64,000 bases of DNA. It comes from Raillietiella orientalis. Lineage: Eukaryota. Location: the NCBI GenBank assembly GCA_036172245.1, contig JAYWIR010000043.1, positions 992,001 through 1,056,000 of the forward strand, given 5' to 3'. Made by a program: the position numbers and the translations under genes. This document shows, one piece after another, positions 1 to 11,276 of this stretch (the stretch's first letter is position 1; each line of letters begins with the position of its first letter). The notes under the pieces are model-generated. The model had not been told where the DNA came from. It did not search any database and saw only the letters and a program-made list of their open reading frames with translations.

Positions 1-586
1 GAATTTTCAGTAAGTACAGCACCACCCACAGTGAACAACTAGTGATAAAGAGATACCCAGTATGTTTGATGTGGGTGGACAGCGTGATGAACGTCGTAAA
101 TGGATTCAATGTTTCAATGATGTAACAGCAATAATATTTGTTACTGCATCCAGTAGCTACAACATGGTACTTCGTGAAGATCAAAATCAGAATCGACTAA
201 GAGAGTCACTGGATTTGTTTAGCAGCATATGGAACAATCGTTGGTTGCGCACCATTTCTGTCATTCTATTTTTAAACAAACAAGATTTGCTGGCAGAAAA
301 AGTGCGTGCTGGAAAGTCGCATCTAGAAGACTATTTCCCTGATTATGCACGATATCAGACTCCAGTCGAAGCTGTATCAGAGCCAGGTGATGATATGGAA
401 GTAGTCCGCGCTAAATATTTCATTCGAGATGAATTCCTACGCATCAGCACTGCCAGTGGGAATGGCAAACATTACTGCTATCCGCACTTCACATGTGCTG
501 TAGATACAGAAAATATTCGGCGCGTCTTCAATGACTGTCGTGATATAATTCAGCGCATGCATCTGCGTCAATATGAATTATTATAA
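1..586 (+). CDS. Gnas: G protein alpha-s subunit, 3' part (exon end 1-9, 51-nt intron 10-60, terminal exon 61-586)
   Basis: Spliced reading [17 protein letters not shown] (G3), ILFLNKQD (G4), [31 protein letters not shown] (G5 and Gs-specific C-terminus). GTAAGT donor at 10, CAG acceptor at 58-60. Confidence 0.97.
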
Positions 587-620
587 CATTTCATGTCTTA
601 TTTAAGGAAGACATTAAGAT

Positions 621-926
621 AATAAAATATCATCGCTGATCCATAAGAACCAAGGACATATTATTAAGCTGAGAAATGTGTTTGAGCAAATTCAAGTATT
701 CAGTTGATGTGCTTAGATTGAATGATATTTAAATATTAAATATCCCACCATTAGGTGATATTCTATAAAGAACATAGTAAAGTGCATCAATTCGGATAGT
801 TTGCAATTAGTTATTGATTGGCTGTTATACAACAAATTAAAAAATAGGAACTGTCATTTAATTGCTTTAGTAAATATTTATGCAAGATTTAATAGATTAT
901 TTGAACAAATAACACATTACAATAAA
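621..926 (+). terminator. Candidate polyadenylation signals of the G-alpha-s gene (AATAAA at 621 and 921)
   Basis: AATAAA hexamers in the AT-rich region after the stop codon. Confidence 0.55.
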
Positions 927-3900
927 TAAATACAAAGAAAAATACATGTTTTTATTTATCTTCAACATCGCAGGTACTAGGGCATGTGGCTTGTGATGTG
1001 TTGAATTGACTTGGCCTTATCCATTCATGCTGTATTTTCATCGCATTTTAAAAAATTGCTACCAAGCAGCAGCACAAACAGTTTTGGTACATGTAATTAA
1101 TGCTTGAAAAAAATATTTTGTAGTTGTGGTAATGGAAATCGGTGTGTTTTCGATAAGTTGGATGGTACTTTTTTTTTTTTTTTTTTACTTTGCCATGGCA
1201 GTGCAATTTATCGCAGTGTCCGAGCGCAAGGCGCCCGGGTTCAAGGTCTGGGTCCCGACCTGTAGAATTTATCCCCGAGGTGCAAGGGAAACCCAGGTCT
1301 CAACGATAGGGAGGGGAAAGTGGGGTGGGGTAAAAAGAGGAGCGGCCCCACAGAAGCTGATTTCTGAAAGCTATAGAGCTTTCGAGGAAGGGCAAGTGAT
1401 TTGTAGTAGAAGTTTCGGGCTTGGCACCGGCAAGATGAGTCTTGGCGAGGATGGCTGCTTCTGGCTGAGTGCTGAGTGTACCTGAATGCATCAGAATGAA
1501 TAAGAGGGAAAACCGCGATCGAGTTTCATTGTATGGGGGGGTGGCGGCCATAAATGATTTGTGTGGCAAGAGAATAGGCAAAAGCTGATAAGCGCAAATG
1601 CGTTTCTTCAAGCCCAAAATGCAAAATGGTTGCCGGAGTGCCGAGGTTCCCGTATTCAAGTCGCTCGAATTTTCGTAAATGCAAGCATTTTAGCGATTCC
1701 CCAGATTAATGAATGGTGGTGTATTATTATCGAATTTAATAAGAGATTACTTTGATACTTTAACCATAGCATGTTGTCCAACTTGGCCCGTCGTTTCTAG
1801 AAGTGTGCTCCGAACAGCATTCCCCCCCCCCCCCTCTTGGGATGTGCCGAGTGGTGTATAGCAGGAAGTCGCAAAGTAATGGGAAAAGCATTCCTGAGGG
1901 GAAAAAAAAAAACAGGACCATTGCAAAAATCAGCTTGCTCGAGAGGTTCCGTCTGTTCAATGGGAACGCTAAATCTGAACTGCCAAGTTTCTAGTGTACA
2001 CAGGAAAAGAGAGGCGGAGGTGCTGCCAGAGACGAGCTGGCAGAACCCGAGGATGCTGCTGCAGGCAGAGCAAAAAAAAACACGCAACCAGGTCAAAAAG
2101 GTTGCTGTTCGGTGGACAACCGCCCAACACGGAATCCACGAAGCTTCAACTTTCAGGTAGTGTCCAACGCTTCAGGCGGCAGTTGGTGGACACGCTGGAT
2201 GAAGCCACAAGCAGCACAGCGAGAACTGAAAGGCGTTTTAACCTTTGTAGGGCCAACCGAAGGGAGGTGAGTTTCAACTCAGAAATAAAACCGACGCATA
2301 TGTAACCAATGAAGTTAATGTATAAATGGAAAGTGCAATCGGAACAAATCCCTCCGGAAAATGCAAAGACTACGAAGGCACAATCGTAACCTTGAAAGGA
2401 TGTAAGTCTAGGCAAAAAAGTGATGGAACGAAACAAAAAAAAGAATCAAATTGGAAACCTCATCGGAATGGCAAGTATCAGATAAAAAAAATAATTCATG
2501 GATGGTCATTCATAGCAACGATGTATGAAAATTTGCTGATGGAAAGATAGTGGATTTTTTTTCCCCGGTTCGCACCCTGCACAGATTTTCCAAGTGGAAT
2601 CGGTGAACTGGAATATTCCATTTGATCTCCCTGTTTGGGCAGCATAAGGTCCGGACACCTCAAACAGAGAAACGGGGTGCAAACTTCCACGTGAAATACT
2701 AAAAAGGCAAAGCAGGTCTCCACCACGTGCATGCAGAATAATGTTCAGGGATCAGAAAAGATAGAGGGATGGGGAATGGCGGCAGGGGCAAACAAAAAGC
2801 GAGGGAGGGACCAGCGAATGGGGATGAGCAATAGGAAAAACAATTCAGAAACAGAACCAGAAAACAAGGTGTCAGCATGGCACACAACCAAAACGTCACA
2901 TCGGTAGGTCTTCGGCCGACGTTGCCCCCCCATCCCCCCCCCCCCAAAAAAAAAAAAAAGAAAAGGAAACCCACAGCCTTGGCCACAACCACGCATTGCA
3001 AAAGGCTCGCAGCCAGCCACAGAAGCAACTAGGCTGGAGGAGAGAAGACAAAACAAAAAAGTCACAAGCCATTTTGCAAACAATCCCGACAAAAATCACC
3101 AAAGGGGAGAACCAAACGAAAACGAATCCAAATGCATGCAAAATAAGGATGAACATTCCACACGGTAAATTAGGCCACTGCTTTTCGACGTTCTGTAGTG
3201 AGAATGAATGATGAATCCGTTGTGCTTGCAATCGATGGTTTTAACAGAATCAGGAAGCGAGGAGACGCTTCTTGATCTCGATCTTTCCGTATGCAAAGTG
3301 GGTAAATAATAAACCGAAGCAATTCGTGAAAAATCCTTACCATTTCTTCTCGAAGAGGCCTGGTTTGGGTTTCAAAGGCAAAATTTATTGTGAAACACGC
3401 TCTGACATTCTCGTCACTTTCTTCGATAAAGTTTTCGTAAAAAACGTGCATAGAAGTGAATGGAAAAAAAAAAAAAAAACCGTTCCCTGAGAGCCTCTTG
3501 AAGCACCGAGTGGGGCACATTTTGTCTTCAAAGCTCCTTCGCAAGTCGTGTCCTTTGAAGAACGACCACGGCAGTGCTCCTAGTTGAACCCTCAGCCAGT
3601 TTCCCAATCTTCTGGAATACGCTAAAGGTACACGAAAAGCTCTGAATCCTTCATCCTAATAAAAAAAAAAAAAGGCCCCCTGTATTTTATCCAATGTATT
3701 TTGTAATGTTTTCCAGCTACGCTTACATCATTCGTTCATTGCGAATTCTTTCCTCCATTCGCTCCTTTTACCTTTTGATGTACTTCTTCTGGTGCAACAA
3801 CTTCAGGCGGTTGACCTGTCCACGTTTTACTAGCAACCCTACATTATTTGCAAAGCTGAACGATTTGAACCCAATGTGATGTCAAGTTTTAATGCTTTTT

Positions 3901-6900
3901 CTCTCATCTCCGGCGGGTTTCGAGAATCAGTGTGACCATTGCTTTCTGCTGAAATCCTATAATTTCAGGATAATTCTCATTTCCAATTAAACTGCTTCAT
4001 CAGTGAACTTTTGAACATTCAACAATTTTTTCCGGCCTGAAGAAGCTCGAGTCCAAGAGCATTCCATCTTTTACATTCACTTGCATCATCCAATGTCTTT
4101 GTAGTTCTTTATTTCACTTAGTTTGTGGTTGCTTTGCGTATAAACTCACAAAAGTAGGGTGTTGTAATGATTTGATGAGCCATTGCATCCAATCTGCAAT
4201 AGCCCTTCTCAGTTTCTTACTAACGTTAATCTCACCTTAGTCTTAAAGGGTTCTAGATTTTCTGCTTATGCCAGTTTTTTGAACTCTTCGTCTATCACAA
4301 TCCAACGTTTCATCCACATGCGGTTGGTTTTTTTTTTTTTTTTCTACAGACATCCCAGTGACTAAACTATAAGTGGCTACACGAACCCAAGCAATGAATA
4401 ATTTGCTTATCACTAATAATTATCTGTTGCGACGAGCTGGGATTTTTCTTTTTGGCTGTCCACTGAGAGCTCCACCAGATGTTTTGACGCCCTATGACAT
4501 TGGGGCACATCAAGGGTCATGTCCATGCAGAAAACGAGATTTTCTCAAAATTGTTCAAAGCTCAAGACTTCCCATCAAGAAAACTGAAGAATACTCCCTG
4601 AAAAGGAAGGGCAGTTGGATATTTGAAAAGATTTAACGGTTTGCTTTAATATTGTCCTATAATTGTGCAATACCACCGAGCGTGCCAGATGAGCTCCAGG
4701 TTTGACCTCACACTCACCGGGGAGCCCTACGGCCCTTACCCGATTCAGCGAATGAATGGGACGAAAAGCCAAACATTTTGTTTCAACCGTTCCCTCAGCC
4801 ATCCGGGATTTATGTGTCTAAACAACTTTGAAAAAAAAAGCACTACCACATGCACAGTCAAAGTGTAGGACGCAAAACTGTATACGAGAAAGCTCACTCA
4901 TTTGATCATATCACAGAGAGCATGTGCATCCTTGGGAGCTCTAGTCTCAGAAGATCTGGACCTAGTTTTCACATACCAAGGGCAGAAGAACCTCACTAGG
5001 TTTCAGAATGCGTTTTATATGAAAGCAGTTTACCGGAAATGTCAATTTCTGGATGAAATATTCGGCATCGAATGAATCAAAAAGCAAACAAATGGATTCG
5101 AGTAGGAAAGCAGCTCTGAACCACCGACGTTGTATTTTCGAAGTCGAGCATCTTCACGCACCAAAAGCACGTAGGTGAAGAGTGCTTTTGGTCTTCAGGA
5201 ATAGTATCTGTTTGGTAGAAGCAGAACAGTGTTGCTGCTGGTGGAGCAGTGTCCCGGCATTTATGGCTGGTCCTGCCACAGCATGGGTCTACCTCAGGAG
5301 CAGTATGAAGTTATGTGCTCAAAAGACGAAAACGAGAAATAAATAGTCAACTTTTCGTTTAATCAGAGTGCAGCGGTCACTCCTGGTTCCGAGATAAATC
5401 TACTGGGCGTGCTGTTGACACCACCGATGTTTCCTTTTTTGTGAGTGTGCCTTGCAGGAGAATTCTCCTGGAGCATAAGTTACCATCTCAAACTGATGGG
5501 GCAACTTTTTAAGCATCACTTTGTATACAAATTTCAACGGAGGCACTGTTGTTGAAGTACGAGGTCAGAACCAGCATCTTCCGAACGCCTTTAGGGAGAG
5601 TTTATACACAAAGTTTCCAAAAAATGGGATGCCGAAATTTGAATCACATTCAATTTTTGTCGACGTGCATACCATGAAAGAAGCACGGTGGAGAGAAAAC
5701 TGCCAAGAAAAGCAGCGGGGCTCCGAAAACTGAATTTTTGAAATGTGAGCAAGAACAAAAAAAACAGCATGATGTGGCATGTGCAGAGTTGTCTAAAAGG
5801 AAGGGCTGGAAATCCCACACAAGGGGAACATCTCGTACAACTGCATTGTATACTAACGAACTAATGACGTGGATTAAATAGCTTGAAGGCATGGAAATGC
5901 CAGATGTTTCAATAAGAGACAGGCATGAAGAGAGCTTGCAGCATGCATATCAGTTGCTTTGATTAAGAATAGTCACTTCCGATGCTGACGAAGAATGCAA
6001 TTTGGACGGCCCAACTGTACTTTTTAGCTTCATAAATGGTACAGAAGAATACGGAAGGGCTCGTGAAAAATGTAGACTCATCAACGGAACCGTATTACAG
6101 GTAGTCCACAATGCTACAGAGTAGCAGCACTGAAGAATGAACTCAAAAATCATGAAAACTGTAAAATCCACGGGTCAGCTCACATCATACCAAGAATAAA
6201 TGAATGCAGCAGCTGCTAATTTAGAGGAACCTCCATATTTGGAAATCCTATACGCCATTACATCTTGAATTTCAAGGACAGTTTTGTGGATCACTTCGAA
6301 CAAGTGATAAAAGGGCGAAGGATCGCATTGGCAAATAAGTTTCGGAATAGTGTGGAGAAAATGTGGATTCGGTTATCGGCTGCCTTTCCTGAAGTCATTA
6401 TGAACAAAAGGGTGTACAGTGTTCTCCGTGCCATTTGTCTTGGAAGTGTTCGTTGCTTTCACGTCTGTCTATTCGAAGCAAATCAAAGTGTTGTCTCCAC
6501 GGTTAAACTTGGATGCATAAAGAAGGACGTAAACGTCATTCCCTTGAGGTGGTCACACTACAGCTGGGTACCAGAATTATGGCTGCAATCCTCAAGCAAT
6601 GCTTGTGTGGACGAAGAATCACACACTTAACGCTTATTGCGTTTCTAATAAACCGAAATGTCCCCGTTGAACAGAGAAGCTGTGATGCTCTTACCGCAAG
6701 TCAAATGGTCCACTTCATGCTCTCCATCGTACTCTTCCGCATTCTTCTCCTCCGGGCTGTTTCCTGCGATCGGAAACCGCAACTCACCTGCTGTTGACTG
6801 TGGGTGTTCAGCGGGAGAAGGAATCCTCTGCTGGTGCTCGGGTGTTTTTGTTTGGCGTGGTGTTGTTTTCTTCCCTTCCGGTGTGGTGTGTTGCAGTTGC

Positions 6901-9900
6901 TCATGCGTACATGTACGTACCGTACTGGAGCGATAGTTGTGAATGTATTGAGACAAATGTTTGCTGCACATGCGAGCAGTGTATAGAAAAAAGAAAAACA
7001 AATGGAGGAAAAAAAAAAAAAAGAAAAGCAACGAGATAAGTAAGTATACGAAAGTTTGTACTTTCCTTTGACAATGCCACATCCGAGATCATGATGAAAG
7101 TCAAACACCGAACACATGTTGCGTTCCTTGTTTGGAAATTCACAGTTACAGTGATGCAGCGAGAAAGGACCTTCGTCTTTCCCTGCGTGATGGTTCAGAG
7201 TCATCACAGCATCTCAATCATTGATGCTCCTTCATTGTAAGACGGCAGGATTTTTTCAACTACCCAGTTCCCTTGATAAGCATTATGTACCATCGAGTAC
7301 ATACCTCAGGAGGCGTGCACGCACACACGCACACAGCATCACGCTGGGACTGATTTAAAGCAACCCTTTCTGTTTCATTGGAAATGCCAGAATCCCTTCA
7401 TTTTGAGCTGTGGCCAGCGAGCGAAATCAAAATTCATGCCTGCTGCACCTTGATGGGTTGTGTGGGAGGCAGAAAAGAACAAACTCTGACGTGAAAGTTC
7501 AAACCATTGGTAGGAACAAGAAAAGGAGCCCTCAAGAAGCACTTGTAACTCATCAGTGCGAAACTTCACATACAAAGAAAAAAAAAAAAAGGCACTCTGA
7601 GCAGAGAGGTAATTTGGACGGCCTAACTGTAAACTTCAGCATTTCCAACCTTCAACTAAGGAATCGGTTCCCATAGCTAACCTCAGCCAGTTGAATGGTT
7701 CGTTGATCTTCTTAACCCGAAACGTGAGGATCGGGGGAAGGTGCTTGGAAACACACAAACATCCTCTGCGCCGCACTCGAGCGTGTTGCCTGGAAACACG
7801 TCGCTTGGCAAAACGACACCGGTCGTCGTTCGTTGCACATCTGTTCTCTAAAACCCATACTTTATGGCAGGTTGCCGACTTCAACGAGCAGTGCTCTGGT
7901 CGTGAGCAACCGTGTGGGGCAGCTACAACTTTGCAACAGAGTGACCCACGTCTCCTGACCACGGGTTTGCGGTCAGGCATGAAACGAGGACGCTTCTCAT
8001 TGCGACGGCACTCGTCTTCGGCTGCGGCACTCTCTGCTATGTCGGAGGAAATCACACCTCGGAAGTGCGTTTCGGTGGGGACCGTTTCGCCATCGAAACA
8101 TCAGCATGCAGTCAGATTAAAGATCGATGGCTTTAGCTGATCCAATTGTATCCAACACTGCTTATTGCTTCATTGTGTAAGACGCTCGAGTAATTTACAA
8201 TTTGGCAGCTGGCCTTAGCTTGCCGTTCGACAGTTGCCATTCCATGTAAAGCGACGGGTGCGATGATTTAACAAAATGTACGACGAATCCATGAACGATA
8301 AAAAGGATCACCACAGTAACTGAAAACTCTCAGATGTGCCTTTTTTTAAATGTCCAAGGATCTGAAGCTGCGTTCTTAACGGGCAAGATACCAAGCCAGT
8401 AAAAATTTCGTCGGCATTTCGTCCACACGTTTTTTTTTTTGAGCAGTCCAAAAGAAGTTCCGAGGGAATGCGCCTGCAAAAAGTTCCCATGTGCACGCAT
8501 GCATTGCGAGTTGACACGGACTTGCGAAAAAATGAAACTGTGCAGAATCGGAATCGAAGACAAGTTGAGTGCCCTGGAAACCGCTGCCATGAGTCACCTC
8601 CGCCCAGGGCCTGCAAGCAGCGTCATCCATGGGAACGATCAACAAGAAGAGCATTGCCTCCAAGTTCCAGAACACCGCTTGGGTGCCTTGGCCGAGTACG
8701 ACGCATTCCGAAGGAAGCAGTACAACGTACAGAGGTAGGGGCAGTCGTCGGACTGTACACAACTGCACATGATGCACTCTGAAATTAAGCATTTTTTTTG
8801 TTAGGCGGGATGTTCCAACGATGTAACGCCATGAATTCTTTGCTGGAAGGCTCCGAATCATGGAAACGTGCGAAACGTCCTCACTTTACGAGACCTTCGG
8901 CGTTTGGGTGTTTTGGGGTAATCCGGTGTTTGCCTGCAACTCCCGTGTCCCCGATTTCAGGGACAGTCGTGGCATCATTTCCGTACAGAGCTTCCACACG
9001 ATGTTCGCCACCAAAAGTTCAAATTGCAGTTGAAGGATGGTACTTTCCACACGAAAAACGGCAAACTTTTCTGATTTGGGGGGGAAACGAATTGTGACTG
9101 CATAGGGGCGGCGCAGAGCCTTTTTCCGTTTCCAAGGAGCCATTTGGGTTCGGTGAACTTGTACGGATCTGGAAAATCGATAGAATTTCTTCTTGTGAGC
9201 TCCAGAGAAAAGTCTGCAGGAAATACGATAGGTACGAGCGGGAGGAAACGAAGCGGGATCATTGGGCACTCGATGGACCTCTTCGGAAAAGAACATTTTC
9301 AAAGTGGATCTCGATCAGCGCAGAAGTGGCACTTGCTGGCTTCCAAGAAATCCAAGGGGTGTCACGTGAAAACACAGCCCAGTTGGCGTTTACAGGAAGG
9401 GAATCGCTACAACTCCCGAATGCGAATGGTGCAGCCTGCAGCTTGCCGTTTCTTGGAATCTCAGACGACCGGGAAAGAGCAGCTTCACTCCCTGAATCGT
9501 CCCGAGGACGCAGCACGCTGGTTCCAGATGCTTCCCTGCGGCACCGCCTTGCAAAACACCTTTTCCGACGTGAGCTTCGATTTCCTCGACGAGGAAGCGA
9601 TTTCCGCAGTTTCCGTCGCCGAGCACCCGCTCTTTTGCAACGCGGCAGCGTCTTTGAGGCCCCTCCTGTCCTGAGCGACCTGAGGGACAGGCCTCGAGTG
9701 GAAGGCTTCCCCAGGTCTGGTCGCGAAGGAACAACGGCCCAAGCAAAAATTTGCCGCTGCACTTTAAAAGTTCCGCACCCGTTTCAGTACAGATCCACGT
9801 GCCGTCCTTTCTCGCTTTTCGTCCACAGTTTCGAGAGCGCGGTTCAGCGGTGGTTACGATTAGCGAAGAATGCGTACAAAAGCGTCGGAAACTATGCAAG

Positions 9901-10794
9901 AGATGCACGACGACCGATCGCGGCGTGAAAGTTGAGGATATCTGCAAAAGTATGGGGTGATCCGAGGGAAATTCGAGTCCAACTTGAAATAATGAGGGCA
10001 TCACCCGCGATTCCTTGCAGAATTGTTTTGGTATGATCGACAAACAGTCGGCCATTTTATACGTTTGGGTTTGGGAACGTTTCGTGCCAAAGACAAAACA
10101 ACAAAGAGAAAACCAAAATGGCGGAAACTTGCATTTACTGCTTTCCCTCTCCCGAAGGACGAACTGATTTGTGTTTCGCAAAATAAAACGACTCGCTTAT
10201 TCCTACTAATCGTCCAAAAGCACACGCGTCTCGTTTTCGAAAGGAAAAAAAAAAAAAAAGGGAAAAAAACGCAACACGAAAACGACACTCCAAAATGGCG
10301 ACGTGTGCACGCGGAGGGACGTGCACTTTTCCCCGCGGGAGAAAGGCCACGCCGAAATTTTTGCGGGAGCGATCCCCTACGGATCCCTCCTGACCTCGCG
10401 GATCCGCATCCCACCCCCGGGGGGGAGCGAAGCCTCTCCCGGTCGCACGGCGGTCAGTTGACCGGCCCGTTGACCACCCTGGAACACCGTTTCCCTCAAG
10501 CCGTGGCCGACTTGGAAAATGAAATCTCGAGAGAGAGAAGTGCTCGCACTACCCGTAAGGGAACGGTCATGGCGGAGCGCAAAAGGTTTTTTTTTTCCCT
10601 TCGGATCGGAAAGCTTTCGTTTTAAGGAGGAGAAGGAAATGCGAGAGGAAGGGATGCTTTCCCGTCGACTTTCCGTTTTCGCTTGCATTTTTCGTACACG
10701 GGCCGCCGCGGCCGCCGCCGGTTTTCTGTACACGGAGGGAGGGAGGCACGCAGGCGGCGGCGGCGGCAACGAATTCTTTCCGGCACGTCGGCTG

Positions 10795-10911
10795 CTTCGA
10801 GTACATTCGCCGCCGACCGCGAGCACGTCATCACACTACCGGCTTCGAAACGCATCTGCACGGCTCTCGTCGCTTCTAGAGCCTTCCACCGGCGACGGAA
10901 CGCTTAAATAG
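10795..10911 (+). promoter_or_regulatory. Hsp90 promoter: heat-shock elements and TATA-like box
   Basis: Imperfect nTTCnnGAAnnTTCn arrays: TTCgaGTAcaTTC (10796-10808) and TTCtaGAGccTTC (10874-10886), then CTTAAATAG (10903-10911). A 5' UTR intron (probable donor 11098) ends TTTTTCTAG directly before the ATG, as in Hsp83/HSP90 genes. Confidence 0.7.
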
Positions 10912-11276
10912 CTGCGCCGACACTTCCTCCGGCCACTGTGAGGCCGGCGAGCGACCTGCGTGCAAGTGGCGTGCGACTGCTTCCCCAGAAGTACTTTGTG
11001 AAAAAGTAGGTGCTTCCCTGCCTGGTGCTGGTGGTGACTTGCTCGAAGTGGGTGCGTTGTTCTGACATCGGTAGCGTTCGACTGCATGCAAAATTCGGTA
11101 ACGTAGCGTGCAAGTCGGCTGCGGTTTCGTTATGCCTCCGCCGACTACGGTTGTCATTTCTGCGCTCCTTGCATGCTGCTTTAGTCGTTTTCGGGTTTTG
11201 GCTTGCATTGGGAAACCCCCCACACCCCTCCCTTCCACCCCAACACGAGGGATGTTAACGTGAAAATTTTTTCTAG

